A stretch of 64,000 nt of DNA. Source: an uncultured Candidatus Saccharibacteria bacterium. GTDB lineage: Bacteria; Patescibacteriota; Minisyncoccia; Phycocordibacterales; UBA918. Where the stretch lies: the NCBI GenBank assembly GCA_964350645.1, contig CAYGJY010000002.1, positions 161,538-225,537 of the forward strand. The letters are read 5' to 3'. How positions within the stretch are numbered: position 1 is the stretch's first letter; every line of letters starts with the position of its first letter. A program made the translations under genes and the position numbers. The notes beneath the pieces are model-generated. The model saw nothing but the letters and a program-made list of their open reading frames with translations, ran no database searches and was not told the DNA's origin. Shown here one piece after another: positions 17,157-27,758 of this stretch.

Positions 17157-18077
17157 TTAGCGCTTTAGCACCGGAATGATTTGCTTCTTGCGTGAAACTA
17201 TTCCTGGCAATATTTCAGTGTCACTTTCAACGGTGACGCCAAAAGATTTTTCGACTACTTCCTTGGTGAGGTCATTGTAGGTGAGCACTGTTGCTTCTTC
17301 TTTTAATATATCAATTATAAAGAAGAGGACGTCATCTACGTCACTTTCTTCCGCAACACAGTCAGCAATTGCTTTGGTTAGTCCATCTTTTCGCTCTAAT
17401 ATAATTGCTGGCGTCGTCGTTTCAAGTACTGAAACCCGAAAGTTTTTGTCACCCACTTCGTACTTTTTACTATCAAGTTTGATCAGGCCGCTGTCGGTGT
17501 AACTTGAGACATCTGACTTGGCCGCAAACATCGCTGTTGCGAATTCAGTAATGTCTACGTCGATCATGGCCGCTAGTTTTTCGGCGACATCTTTGTCGTG
17601 TGGGGTGGTGGTTGGGCTACGGAATTCTAGCGTGTCAGACAAGATGCAAGCCAGCATCAGGCCAGCCATGTCTTTTGGTAGTTCAGCCACAGTCTCGCCC
17701 ATCAGGTCGTACATAACTGTCGCGGTGCAGGCGAGGGGTCGGATGGTGATGTCGGCTGGAGCGTCAGTTTCAAGGCCGGCGACGAGTTTGTGGTGATCGA
17801 TTAGTTGAAGCAGGGTTGCGTTACCAATTGTATCGGGAAGCTCTTGGGGATTGTTGGTGTCAACTACCATTACTTCGTCACCCTCGGCAAGACCTTCGAG
17901 CAATGCAGGTGTCGGAACGTCAAACTGACTTAGAACAAAGCTGGTTTCGGTATTGAGATCGCCAAGGATGTACGGTGTGGCGTTTTTGCCGGTGTGTGTA
18001 CTGACGTACCACGCCCACACAATGGCGGAGCAAACAGTGTCGGTGTCGGGTGAAAGGTGTCCAAAAACTTTGATCAT
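17157..18077 (-). CDS. ppaC: Mn-dependent (family II) inorganic pyrophosphatase
   Basis: GHLSPDTD, DHH and SRKKQIIP motifs. Confidence 0.96.
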   Translation of the reverse strand: MIKVFGHLSPDTDTVCSAIVWAWYVSTHTGKNATPYILGDLNTETSFVLSQFDVPTPALLEGLAEGDEVMVVDTNNPQELPDTIGNATLLQLIDHHKLVAGLETDAPADITIRPLACTATVMYDLMGETVAELPKDMAGLMLACILSDTLEFRSPTTTPHDKDVAEKLAAMIDVDITEFATAMFAAKSDVSSYTDSGLIKLDSKKYEVGDKNFRVSVLETTTPAIILERKDGLTKAIADCVAEESDVDDVLFFIIDILKEEATVLTYNDLTKEVVEKSFGVTVESDTEILPGIVSRKKQIIPVLKR

Positions 18078-18188
18078 AGATTAGAAATTAAGCGGTAATG
18101 TCGGTTAGTGTAGATCATTGCGTCAAGGCTCGCAAGAGACGAAAAACCGCACGACCCCTTTGGGGTCGTGCGGTTTTTCGCTTGTGAC

Positions 18189-19625
18189 TTATTTCTTTTC
18201 TCCTTCACTTTCTGCTGCAGCAGCTTCAGATTCGGCTTCACCTTTAGCCATTTCTGCTTCAGCTTCTTCCGGGGTATCAACTTCGTTGATCTCATCAGAC
18301 TGATCGGTGTCGACCAGATCGCGATCTTCAGTTGCCTGGTCTTCTTCAACAGGTAACTCCTCCTTTGTTGTGGTGGCATCTTCGTTTTCAAGAACGTCGA
18401 CGTCTTTGCCAGTGGCAGTATCTTCCGGGGCAACAATATCAACGTTACCCTGCTCGTCAGCTTCTGCTAGTTCTTCACCAGTTTGGGCTGAGATAATATC
18501 AATCTTCCAACCAGTCAATTTTGCAGCCAAGCGGACGTTTTGACCGCCACGACCAATTGCGAGGGATTGTTGATCAGGCGCAACTTCAACTACAGCATGA
18601 CCACGAGTTTCAGTCGCTTCGTCTGGTTCTGTCTGAATCGTTACTTCCATTACTTGTGCTGGTGAGAGAGCGTCTTCAATAAACTCAGCAGACTCAGGTG
18701 ACCACTCAATGATGTCGATTTTTTCACCACCAAGTTCACTCATAACAGTCGATACGCGCACACCACGTTGTCCAACGAGTGAACCGACTGGGTCGATATG
18801 AGAATCGTTGGCATGCACCGCAATCTTTGAACGGGCACCAGCTTCACGAGCAATTGACTTCACTTCAACAGCGCCACTTTGAAGCTCAGGAGCTTCAATT
18901 GCAAATAAGGCTTCAAGAAACTCTGGGTGTGAACGAGAGAGCTTCAAGAAAATGCCTCGTGAGGTTTCGTCGACAGTAAGAAGAAGCGCACGAATTCGTT
19001 CACCTGGTCGGTAACGTTCTCCCGGGATTTGTTCGTCGTATGGCATGATAGCGGTCACACGACCAAGGTCGACATAGAGATTGCCGCGCTCAAATCGTTG
19101 TACGTGTCCCATAATAATGTCACCAGCTTTCTGACCAAACTCAGCCAAGGCGGCGTCTTTCTCAGCTTCACGAATCTTCTGAATAATCACTTGCTTAGCA
19201 GTCTGGGCAGCAATGCGACCGAAGTCGTCTTTCATTTCTAGAGGGAAGATTAGTTCTTCAGCGAGCTCGACATCCTTTTTGATTAGTCGCGCGCTGTCGA
19301 TCATGATGTGCTTCTCAGCATCAAAGCGTACTTTACGTTCTTCACCTTCAACAAAGGCTACCTCAGCTTCCTCGCCTTCTTCCTCGCCTTCTTCCTCGTC
19401 GTCTTTCAGCATGCTGGCGTCAACTACAACCTTCACTTGCTCGAAGTTGGTGGTGCCGGTGTTGTTGTCGAACTGGGCGCGAATAATTTGGCCGCGTTTT
19501 CCGTACTCTTTTTTGTACGCGGTAGCGAGGGCTTGTTCAATGGCTTCCAAGAGTCGTTCTCGAGGAATACCGCGCTCGTCCTCCATTTCTTGGAGAGCAG
19601 CGTTTAATACTTTTAGATCTAACAT
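18189..19625 (-). CDS. nusA: Transcription termination factor NusA
   Basis: FGRIAAQTAKQ, S1 and KH domains, AIGRGGQNVRLA. Confidence 0.98.
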   Translation of the reverse strand: MLDLKVLNAALQEMEDERGIPRERLLEAIEQALATAYKKEYGKRGQIIRAQFDNNTGTTNFEQVKVVVDASMLKDDEEEGEEEGEEAEVAFVEGEERKVRFDAEKHIMIDSARLIKKDVELAEELIFPLEMKDDFGRIAAQTAKQVIIQKIREAEKDAALAEFGQKAGDIIMGHVQRFERGNLYVDLGRVTAIMPYDEQIPGERYRPGERIRALLLTVDETSRGIFLKLSRSHPEFLEALFAIEAPELQSGAVEVKSIAREAGARSKIAVHANDSHIDPVGSLVGQRGVRVSTVMSELGGEKIDIIEWSPESAEFIEDALSPAQVMEVTIQTEPDEATETRGHAVVEVAPDQQSLAIGRGGQNVRLAAKLTGWKIDIISAQTGEELAEADEQGNVDIVAPEDTATGKDVDVLENEDATTTKEELPVEEDQATEDRDLVDTDQSDEINEVDTPEEAEAEMAKGEAESEAAAAESEGEKK

Positions 19626-19661
19626 AGTGATATGTGTGGGGTATACCCCTTAGTTTTAAAA

Positions 19662-19742
19662 TGCAGAAGCAATGGAGCGCGCCCGGTGGGCGCGCTCCAT
19701 ATCTGACAAGAGTACTGTACTCTTTCGTATAAAAATTGTCAA
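19662..19742 (-). promoter_or_regulatory. nusA promoter and leader hairpin
   Basis: TTGACA-17-TACAGT, then ATGGAGCGCGCCC/GGGCGCGCTCCAT with a poor U tract. Confidence 0.7.
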
Positions 19743-20126
19743 AATGAAATACAGCGTGGGCCGATCCATCTCCTTTTTTAGTGGGGAGTGATCTGGGCTC
19801 ACGCTGCTCGAAGTCTTGCCTATCGCTTCCTCGGGTCTACTGACCTCTTCTGCGCTTTTTGCTGCCTCTGTTTTGGGGAGCACCCATTTTTTTTGCCAAA
19901 AAATTACAGCTAGTTGACTCTGTGCTCTTTTTAGAGATACTCGGCCCTACTTAAGGAAGTATCTCACATTGACTCCATGCCGTGGAGTAGTTGTCCAACA
20001 GTACTCTTATTATTTGAAAAATTCAAGTGGAGGTGTAGTGGAATAAGCCACCCTTGTTTCTAAAAATGAAATGCTACAATACATATATTAGAGCTGTTCC
20101 TTTGCTCGTTGTTTTGAACTTTTACT

Positions 20127-21878
20127 GTGCGAATACAAGATGCACAATTGAAGCGGTTTGTGACTGACTCGGGTCTAGTGCCCAAGAAGGATTTGGCTGC
20201 GGCTGAAAAAACCGCCACTGAAGAAAAACGCACCCTAGCGGAAGCGCTGGTCTCTGGTGGGTATATGAGCGAAGACGATATGCGGCGGGTTGAATCCTAT
20301 GTACTGGGGATTCCCTTTGTATCACTGAAAGATAATAAGATTGATTTTACGGTGCTGTCGCTTATTCCTGAGCCGGTTGCGCGCAATCACAACATTATCG
20401 CGTTCAAACAAAATACTGACAGTCTTGAAGTGGCGATGCTTGATACATCAGACCTGCCGGCGATCGACTTTGTGAAGAAGAAAGTTGGTTTAAAGATTTT
20501 GCCCCGCCTGACCGATACTGAATCAATGCGTGAAGCGTTGCAGCAATATCAAAAAACTCTCAAAGATGAGTTTGGCGATATCATTATGAAAGAAACTTCG
20601 GCGCTTAAGCTGGTGGCTGAAGACAACGGCGAAGAGATGAGCGAGGAGGATTTGAAAAAACTGGCTGAAGATTTACCAGTAGTGCGCATTGTCGATACAC
20701 TTTTACGTCATGCGATTATTCAGGGAGCATCTGATATTCATATTGAGCCGATGGAAGAGTCAGTTTTGGTGCGATACCGGATCGACGGTATTTTGCACGA
20801 TGCGATGACGCTGCCGAAGCGGGCGGCCGGTACGCTGGTGGCTCGTATCAAGGTGCTTTCAAATTTAAAGTTGGACCAAAAACGCCTCCCACAAGATGGT
20901 CGTTTCAAAATGGAGATGGATGGTCAAAAAGTAGCTTTTCGAGTATCGATGCTGCCCATTTTTTACGGTGAAAAGGTCGTAATGCGTTTGTTGCGAGAAA
21001 ATCGCTCCGGTTTTAGTCTTGAAGGTATTGGTTTTCACGGCAGTACGCTTGAGCGCGTCCATGGTGCGATGAAACAAACGACGGGAATTATTTTAGTCAC
21101 TGGACCAACTGGTTCAGGAAAGACTACGACGCTGTACACGGTGCTCGATATTTTAAATACACCGGAAGTTAATATTTCTACCATTGAGGATCCGATTGAA
21201 TATCAGATGCAGCGCATTAATCAAACGCAAGTAAAGGCTGATATTGGTTTCACGTTCTCTTCAGGGTTACGTTCTCTCATGCGTCAGGATCCAGACATTA
21301 TTATGGTGGGGGAGATCCGTGACCAAGAAACTGCTAGTTTGGCAATTAACGCAGCCCTTACCGGGCACTTAGTGCTTGCGACAGTGCACACTAATTCAGC
21401 GGCTGGTACGATTGCGCGTTTGGTAGACATGGGAGTAGAGACGTTCTTGCTTACGTCGACACTGCGGGTTGCCGTCGGACAACGACTAGTACGAAAGCTC
21501 GGTGATGCGCGCGAAGCGTATACTCTTTCTTCAAGTGAAAAGTCTGAGCTTGAAAAACACGTTGACTTAGATGCTGTCTTACAGACGTTAAAAACTGAAG
21601 GGATCGTCAAGGATAATGCTAGCTGGAGTAGTATTCCGTTTTATCATCCGAAGCCGACTCCTGATATGCCCGACGGGTATAAAGGACGAGCTGGTATCCA
21701 TGAAGTAATGGAGATTTCGCCGACGTTGAAAGAAATGATTATGGCAGGTAAAACTTCTGATGAAATTGCCGTTCAATCACGGAAGGAAGGTATGCTCACA
21801 ATGCTTGAAGATGGCATTTACAAAGCTGCACGAGGGATGACGAGTATTGAAGAAGTGTTACGAGTAATTAACGAATAA
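20127..21878 (+). CDS. pilB: Type IV pilus assembly ATPase
   Basis: ASDIHIEP, GPTGSGKT and RQDPDIIMVGEIRD motifs. Confidence 0.93.
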   Translation: MRIQDAQLKRFVTDSGLVPKKDLAAAEKTATEEKRTLAEALVSGGYMSEDDMRRVESYVLGIPFVSLKDNKIDFTVLSLIPEPVARNHNIIAFKQNTDSLEVAMLDTSDLPAIDFVKKKVGLKILPRLTDTESMREALQQYQKTLKDEFGDIIMKETSALKLVAEDNGEEMSEEDLKKLAEDLPVVRIVDTLLRHAIIQGASDIHIEPMEESVLVRYRIDGILHDAMTLPKRAAGTLVARIKVLSNLKLDQKRLPQDGRFKMEMDGQKVAFRVSMLPIFYGEKVVMRLLRENRSGFSLEGIGFHGSTLERVHGAMKQTTGIILVTGPTGSGKTTTLYTVLDILNTPEVNISTIEDPIEYQMQRINQTQVKADIGFTFSSGLRSLMRQDPDIIMVGEIRDQETASLAINAALTGHLVLATVHTNSAAGTIARLVDMGVETFLLTSTLRVAVGQRLVRKLGDAREAYTLSSSEKSELEKHVDLDAVLQTLKTEGIVKDNASWSSIPFYHPKPTPDMPDGYKGRAGIHEVMEISPTLKEMIMAGKTSDEIAVQSRKEGMLTMLEDGIYKAARGMTSIEEVLRVINE

Positions 21879-21881
21879 TAC

Positions 21882-23108
21882 ATGCCAAAGTTTACCTATC
21901 ATGGAGAAAACCAAGCAGGCGAAGCAGTCGTACAGACTGTCGAGGCTAAGGACCGGTTTGAGGTATATGACATTGCTCGCAAAGACGGTAACACGGTGAG
22001 TAGCATTGCAGCTGCTTCTTCATTCAGTTTTAAGTCGATATTGAATGTCGAAAAAATTGAGTACTACATCAGTCGGGTAAAGTCTGACGAACTAGTGATG
22101 GTGACTAAAAATCTCGGCTCGATGATTGTTGCCGGTTTGCCATTATCACGCGCGCTGTCAGTGATCGAGCGGCAGAGTCGTAACCCGCGTCTCAAAGGAA
22201 TTTTCAAAGTAGTCATTGCTGATATTAACAAAGGGTTGCAGTTCCATGAAGCGCTCGCTAAGTATCCAAAAGTATTTGATAACCTTTTTGTTTCAATGGT
22301 GAAGGCAGGGGAAGAGAGTGGGGGTTTATCTGAAGCATTATCGGTCCTCGGTACTCAGATGGAACGTTCATCAAGTCTCAAGAAGCGCATTAAGGGGGCG
22401 ATGATTTACCCGATTATTGTTTTGATTGTTCTCTTTGGAATCGGAATTTTGATGATGTTGTTTGTTATGCCGTCGATTACAGATACGTTCAAAAGTCTTG
22501 ATGTCGATCTACCAGCTACCACGCAAACTCTGATTGCTATTAGTGATGCACTCAATAACCACACCCTGCTTGTGCTTGGTGGCATGTTTGTATCGGTAAT
22601 GGCCTTTGTATACTTCCTCAAAAGCTCGATTGGCCATGTCGTAACATCATGGGTGGTGGTGCGCTTACCGGTTATTGGGGTGATGGCAAAAGAAACCAAT
22701 GCCGCCAGAACAGCCCGAACGCTGTCCTCACTACTTTCATCTGGAGTGGATGTAATCCGGGCGATTAATATCACTGAGGAGGTAGTGCAAAATGTGTATT
22801 ACAAGAAGATTCTAGCGGAGGCTGCGGCTGATGTGCAAAAAGGAACGGCGTTGTCAGAAACTTTTGTGCGCAATACTAAGCTGTACCCGGTCTTAGTGGG
22901 TGAGATGATTATGGTGGGAGAGGAAACAGGACAAATTTCACAAATGCTGCAGCAGATGGCTGAGTTTTATGAAGGTGAGATTGAACAAAAGACCAAAGAC
23001 CTGTCATCGATTATTGAACCGATGTTGATGGTGCTCATCGGAGGTACGGTTGGGTTCTTCGCTTTAGCGATGATTGCACCAATTTATTCGATTTCAGATA
23101 GTATCTAA
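21882..23108 (+). CDS. pilC: Type IV pilus platform protein (GspF family)
   Basis: AGEESG and VGEETG repeats. Confidence 0.93.
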   Translation: MPKFTYHGENQAGEAVVQTVEAKDRFEVYDIARKDGNTVSSIAAASSFSFKSILNVEKIEYYISRVKSDELVMVTKNLGSMIVAGLPLSRALSVIERQSRNPRLKGIFKVVIADINKGLQFHEALAKYPKVFDNLFVSMVKAGEESGGLSEALSVLGTQMERSSSLKKRIKGAMIYPIIVLIVLFGIGILMMLFVMPSITDTFKSLDVDLPATTQTLIAISDALNNHTLLVLGGMFVSVMAFVYFLKSSIGHVVTSWVVVRLPVIGVMAKETNAARTARTLSSLLSSGVDVIRAINITEEVVQNVYYKKILAEAAADVQKGTALSETFVRNTKLYPVLVGEMIMVGEETGQISQMLQQMAEFYEGEIEQKTKDLSSIIEPMLMVLIGGTVGFFALAMIAPIYSISDSI

Positions 23109-23115
23109 GATAACC

Positions 23116-24876
23116 ATGCAATGTTTACGCCAGCCGACCGATACACGTGGCTTTACGCTGGTTGAAATTGTCGTGGTGATCGCTTTAGTAGCCCTAGTGT
23201 TTGGCGGTTTATTTGCCAGTGTTAACTCACTTATTCTTGTGATTAACAATTCGAAATCAAAAGCTGCCGCCACTGCTCTTATGACTGAACGACTCGAATA
23301 TATCCGCTCACTTTCATATAACAGTGTCGGTACGATTGGTGCACCACCCTATGGGCCGCTGCCACAGCAGAGGCAGGTAGTGCTCAATGGTGAAACGTAT
23401 TATGAACGGGTAATCATTGATTATGTGGATGACCCGGCAGATGGAAGTGGTGGTAGTGATGAGAATACGATCACGAGTGATTATAAACGGGTCGAGATTG
23501 TCTATGAGTGGGATAATAACGGGGCTACCAGTTCAATCTCTAATGTATCAACTGTCGTTCCTGAAGGGATTGAAACTGACGCTGGTGGTGGGTCGCTTCG
23601 CGTGAATGTATTTAATGCCAATGCCGAAGTGGTTGAGGATGCACGTGTCACTGTTATAAACACAGTGCTGTCGACGACAACTAATACCTTCCGTGACACT
23701 AATGCTGATGGACAGATCTTAATTTCAGGCTTGCCGGGTGGAGGGAACTACGAAATTTACGTTACTAAGACAGGGTACTCGTCTGATCAAACATATGCAG
23801 CTAGTAGTACAAATCCTAATCCGATTACACCGCTCGTAGCGATTGCGACGAGTTCAGTTTCGACAATGAACTTTCAGATTGACGAGTTAAGTGACTTTAC
23901 AATTCAAGTAAACGGAGCCGCCAGCTTCAGCGAATTTTCAGATAGTTTCACCACTGCAGCAGATGTCTTTGAACAGGCAAGCACTACGTTGACTGCTGGA
24001 GCAATTGTCTTGACAGACGTTAGTGGGAGCTACGAGACGCCAGGAACAGTCTTGAGTACTACTACCACTCCAAGTAGTATTGATCGCTGGTACGCTGCCC
24101 AATTTTCTGCCACTACGAGTGCTTCAACATCAGTGGCGGTGTCGGTTTATTATGATGATGCCGGGGCACTTCGTTTAGTGCCAGATAGTGATTTGCCAGG
24201 CAATAGCGTTGGTTTTACTAGTGGACCAATTGATCTTGAGAGTTTGTCAGCGATCACCTATCCCACTTTGGCACTGGGAGCGACGCTGACCACTGTTGAT
24301 ACAAGCTATACTCCTGAGCTTGGTGACTGGAGACTGCGTTATGTGACATCGCAGCCAGCAGTATCTGGCGTGACTGTGCAGATAACTGGTAGTAAAACTA
24401 TCGGTACTGATGCAGGAGGACAGCCAGTGTATAAATTTAATACTTCATATGTGACTGACGGTTCAGGAGAAATTAATCTGACTGATATTGAGTATGATCT
24501 ATATACTTTTGAGCTTGCGAGTGGAGCTAGTGACATTCTTGAAGTCTGTCCACGCAGTCCATATTTCATTACACCTAACACCGATGAAGAGATTAGATAT
24601 TCAATCGCTAACTTAAGTGGGTCGTTTTTACAAGTGTACGTGCAAGATCCGCTTGGAGAAGCAGTGCCTGGAGCAATGGTCCGTCTACAAAATAGTGGTT
24701 ACGATGAAATCGAAGAGACCAGCTTGTGTGGCCAAGTATTCTTTAATGGATCAGGGTTGTACAATGACAGTGACTACACTATGACGGTTTCAGCCAGCGG
24801 TTTTGGAACTGAAGTGGTTGCTTCGACTTCAGTTTCAAACACTGCTTCGACAACCGTAACCATTAATCCTCTATAG
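23116..24876 (+). CDS. Large prepilin with beta-sandwich (carboxypeptidase regulatory-like) domains
   Basis: RG|FTLVE prepilin motif. Confidence 0.85.
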   Translation: MQCLRQPTDTRGFTLVEIVVVIALVALVFGGLFASVNSLILVINNSKSKAAATALMTERLEYIRSLSYNSVGTIGAPPYGPLPQQRQVVLNGETYYERVIIDYVDDPADGSGGSDENTITSDYKRVEIVYEWDNNGATSSISNVSTVVPEGIETDAGGGSLRVNVFNANAEVVEDARVTVINTVLSTTTNTFRDTNADGQILISGLPGGGNYEIYVTKTGYSSDQTYAASSTNPNPITPLVAIATSSVSTMNFQIDELSDFTIQVNGAASFSEFSDSFTTAADVFEQASTTLTAGAIVLTDVSGSYETPGTVLSTTTTPSSIDRWYAAQFSATTSASTSVAVSVYYDDAGALRLVPDSDLPGNSVGFTSGPIDLESLSAITYPTLALGATLTTVDTSYTPELGDWRLRYVTSQPAVSGVTVQITGSKTIGTDAGGQPVYKFNTSYVTDGSGEINLTDIEYDLYTFELASGASDILEVCPRSPYFITPNTDEEIRYSIANLSGSFLQVYVQDPLGEAVPGAMVRLQNSGYDEIEETSLCGQVFFNGSGLYNDSDYTMTVSASGFGTEVVASTSVSNTASTTVTINPL

Positions 24877-24878
24877 AT

Positions 24879-25508
24879 ATGCACGTTGTCAGTCACAAAA
24901 AAAAATACCTGTCACATACCGGTTTTACGCTCGTCGAGTCTGTTATGGTGGTGGCGTTGTTTACCCTAATGATGTTTGTGATTGCTAACAGTATTGCTGC
25001 CATGTATCGCTATAATGCTTATACTATCGCTCAGGCGTATCAAGTCCGAAACGCTCGGCAGGGAATCCAGTCGCTTGTCCGTGACATCAGAGAAATGACA
25101 TTTGCTGATAACGGCAGTTTTCCGCTCGTTGAGATGGAAGACCATCTGATAAGTTTTTATAGTGATATTGATCGGGATGACAGTGTTGAGTATGTTGAGT
25201 ACGAATTAATAGCGTCGACGACCTTGTATAAAAGGATTTATAATGCAATTGGTACGCCCCCGACATATAACATGTCGACACCTGATGAAACCTACATTCT
25301 CTCTGAGTATGTGCAGAATATTATTCAGGGTACAAGTACATTCGCATATTACGACAGTTCTGGAACAGAGATAGTGTCGGCAGCGAATTTGGTTGATGTG
25401 CGCTATGTGGAGGCACAGTTAATCATTAACATTGATCCAATTCGCGATCCGGGACAATACATGCTCCGCAGTAGTGCCGCTCTTCGTAACGTAAAAGACA
25501 ACTTATGA
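24879..25508 (+). CDS. Minor pilin (PilW-like)
   Basis: G|FTLVE motif. Confidence 0.85.
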   Translation: MHVVSHKKKYLSHTGFTLVESVMVVALFTLMMFVIANSIAAMYRYNAYTIAQAYQVRNARQGIQSLVRDIREMTFADNGSFPLVEMEDHLISFYSDIDRDDSVEYVEYELIASTTLYKRIYNAIGTPPTYNMSTPDETYILSEYVQNIIQGTSTFAYYDSSGTEIVSAANLVDVRYVEAQLIINIDPIRDPGQYMLRSSAALRNVKDNL

Positions 25509-26923
25509 TCAATCAAAACTCACAGCAAAAAGGGATGTTGATTGTACTGGTACTAGTGTTTGGGGCAGTCTTTTTAGTAATCGTTACGGCGTTTACTGGT
25601 TTTGTAGTGACACAGACACAGATACAGAGCGCTCGAGTGATCGAAGAACGTTCCTTGGCAATTGCTGAAGCTGGTCTGAATTATTATCGTTGGTATTTGG
25701 CTCACAATCCTGATGACGCGACGCACGGAACAAATACTGCTGGGCCTTATGTTTTTCCATATATTGATACTTCGTCAACTACTATCGGTTCCTTTTCTTT
25801 AGATATTGCAAGCACCACCTATTGTGGGGTGGTGTCGAGTATTGATATTTCCTCAACGGGTTCAACAGTTGAAGAGCCAGGCACAACACGTACGGTGTAT
25901 GGTCGTTATGCGCGACCGACAGTCGCTGAGTATGCTTACATTATTAATTCCAATGTATGGGCTGGATCAGACCGTACTATTATTGGTCCGTATCATTCAA
26001 ATGGTGGTGTGCGCATGGATGGTTCAAATAATTCTACGGTTACGAGTGGGCAGGAGACTTGGTCATGTACGAACTCGTTCGGTTGTAGTCCGACACAAAC
26101 AGCTGATGGGGTGTTTGGATCAGGACCTAATAGTTCGCTGTGGAATTTTCCCTCGACACCGATTAACTTCACCGGTTTAGCGGTTGATTTATCGACTATG
26201 CGCGATCGGGCTGAAAATGGTGGAGGTATTTATATTCCTGATTCTGGTGATTATGGCTACCGGGTAGATTTTCAGAGTGATGGCACACTCGATGTATATG
26301 TAGTTGATCGTACCTATAATTATTGGGGATATACACTTGATGGTGGCTGGAGTACTGAGCGTAACGTTATTGATGATGATGATTTTTATGCCACGTACAC
26401 CATTGATCCGGATTGTCCGTTAATTTTTGTGGAAGATAAAGTTTGGCTTGAGGGAGAGATAAACCAAAAAGTTTCGATTGCGGCTGCTGATACCGATACC
26501 CCGGGCAATGATTACTCGATTATTTTAAACGGCAATATCACCTACAGTGATCCAGACGCTGGCTTACTAGCCATTGCTGAAGAAGATATTTTGGTTGGTT
26601 TGGTAGTGCCTGATCATATGGACCTTAATGGCATTTTTGTGGCTCAAAATGGTCGGTTTGGACGCAATCACTACACGACGAGTGGTTCGCAGGATGTTCT
26701 TAGTACACATAATTCGTATGTGACGCGTGACACGCTGACGATGAATGGAACGATTGTCTCGAACGGTCGAGTGGGAACCCAGTGGAATAGTGGCGGAGTA
26801 CTTAGTTCAGGTTTTAATACGCGCTTTAATTCATACGACCGAGATTTAGTCGATAATCCACCACCACTAGCGCCTAGGACCTCAGATGACTATAAATTTA
26901 TCGAGTGGCGGCAGGGAGAGTAG
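25505..26923 (+). CDS. PilX-like minor pilin
   Basis: QKG|MLIV with no Glu5; AEAG motif. Confidence 0.8.
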   Translation: MINQNSQQKGMLIVLVLVFGAVFLVIVTAFTGFVVTQTQIQSARVIEERSLAIAEAGLNYYRWYLAHNPDDATHGTNTAGPYVFPYIDTSSTTIGSFSLDIASTTYCGVVSSIDISSTGSTVEEPGTTRTVYGRYARPTVAEYAYIINSNVWAGSDRTIIGPYHSNGGVRMDGSNNSTVTSGQETWSCTNSFGCSPTQTADGVFGSGPNSSLWNFPSTPINFTGLAVDLSTMRDRAENGGGIYIPDSGDYGYRVDFQSDGTLDVYVVDRTYNYWGYTLDGGWSTERNVIDDDDFYATYTIDPDCPLIFVEDKVWLEGEINQKVSIAAADTDTPGNDYSIILNGNITYSDPDAGLLAIAEEDILVGLVVPDHMDLNGIFVAQNGRFGRNHYTTSGSQDVLSTHNSYVTRDTLTMNGTIVSNGRVGTQWNSGGVLSSGFNTRFNSYDRDLVDNPPPLAPRTSDDYKFIEWRQGE

Positions 26924-26983
26924 AATAAGCAGGGGCGCGGACGAAGTCCGCGCCCCTGCTTATTCTCTGTTATAATCGAATTA

Positions 26984-27757
26984 ATGAAAGTAACAAAAAA
27001 ACCGCTTGTGGTCGGAAACTGGAAAATGAATCCAGCGACCATCGGTGATGCTAAGAAGACCTTTATTGAAATTCGTACCGGGATCACCCGCGTTAAAAAT
27101 GATGTTGAAGTTGTGATCGCTGCGCCGTTTCCATATTTGCCAGAATTACAAAAATTAGCGCCGAGTAAGCGAGTATTGTTGGCAGCACAGGATGTATATT
27201 TTGAACCAGCGGGGGCGTTCACAGGTGAAGTATCGTTGTCGATGCTGAAGAGTGTCGGAGTGACGCATGTGATTGTCGGACACTCGGAGCGACGCGCGAT
27301 GGGTGAAACTGATGCGCACGTAGCAGCTAAAGTAGCCGCGGTTAGCAAGCATGGATTGATGGTTGTCGTATGTGTCGGTGAGAAGAAGCGTGATAGTCAA
27401 GGAGATTACTTTTCTTTAATTGAAGCACAAATTCAGGCAGCTATCAGCGGTGTTACTAAAAATAAATTGGCACAGGTAGTGATTGCCTACGAACCGATTT
27501 GGGCAATTGGTACCGGTAAAACTGCAAGCGCGCAGGATGTGCACGAAATGAAATTGTTTATCACTAAGGTGTTGAGCGACGCTGTTGGCAGGAATGCAGC
27601 AACTAAGATGCGGATCATCTATGGTGGTTCAGTCAAAGCCGATAATGCTGAGGAGTTGTTTACTGTTGGTGAAGTTGATGGTTTTTTGCCTGGTGGTGCC
27701 AGCCTAAAACCCAAAGAATTTATAAGTATTATCAAAACTGTTGCCAGTCACATATAG
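26984..27757 (+). CDS. tpiA: Triosephosphate isomerase
   Basis: GNWKMN, GHSERR and AYEPIWAIGTG motifs. Confidence 0.98.
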   Translation: MKVTKKPLVVGNWKMNPATIGDAKKTFIEIRTGITRVKNDVEVVIAAPFPYLPELQKLAPSKRVLLAAQDVYFEPAGAFTGEVSLSMLKSVGVTHVIVGHSERRAMGETDAHVAAKVAAVSKHGLMVVVCVGEKKRDSQGDYFSLIEAQIQAAISGVTKNKLAQVVIAYEPIWAIGTGKTASAQDVHEMKLFITKVLSDAVGRNAATKMRIIYGGSVKADNAEELFTVGEVDGFLPGGASLKPKEFISIIKTVASHI

Positions 27758-27758
27758 T

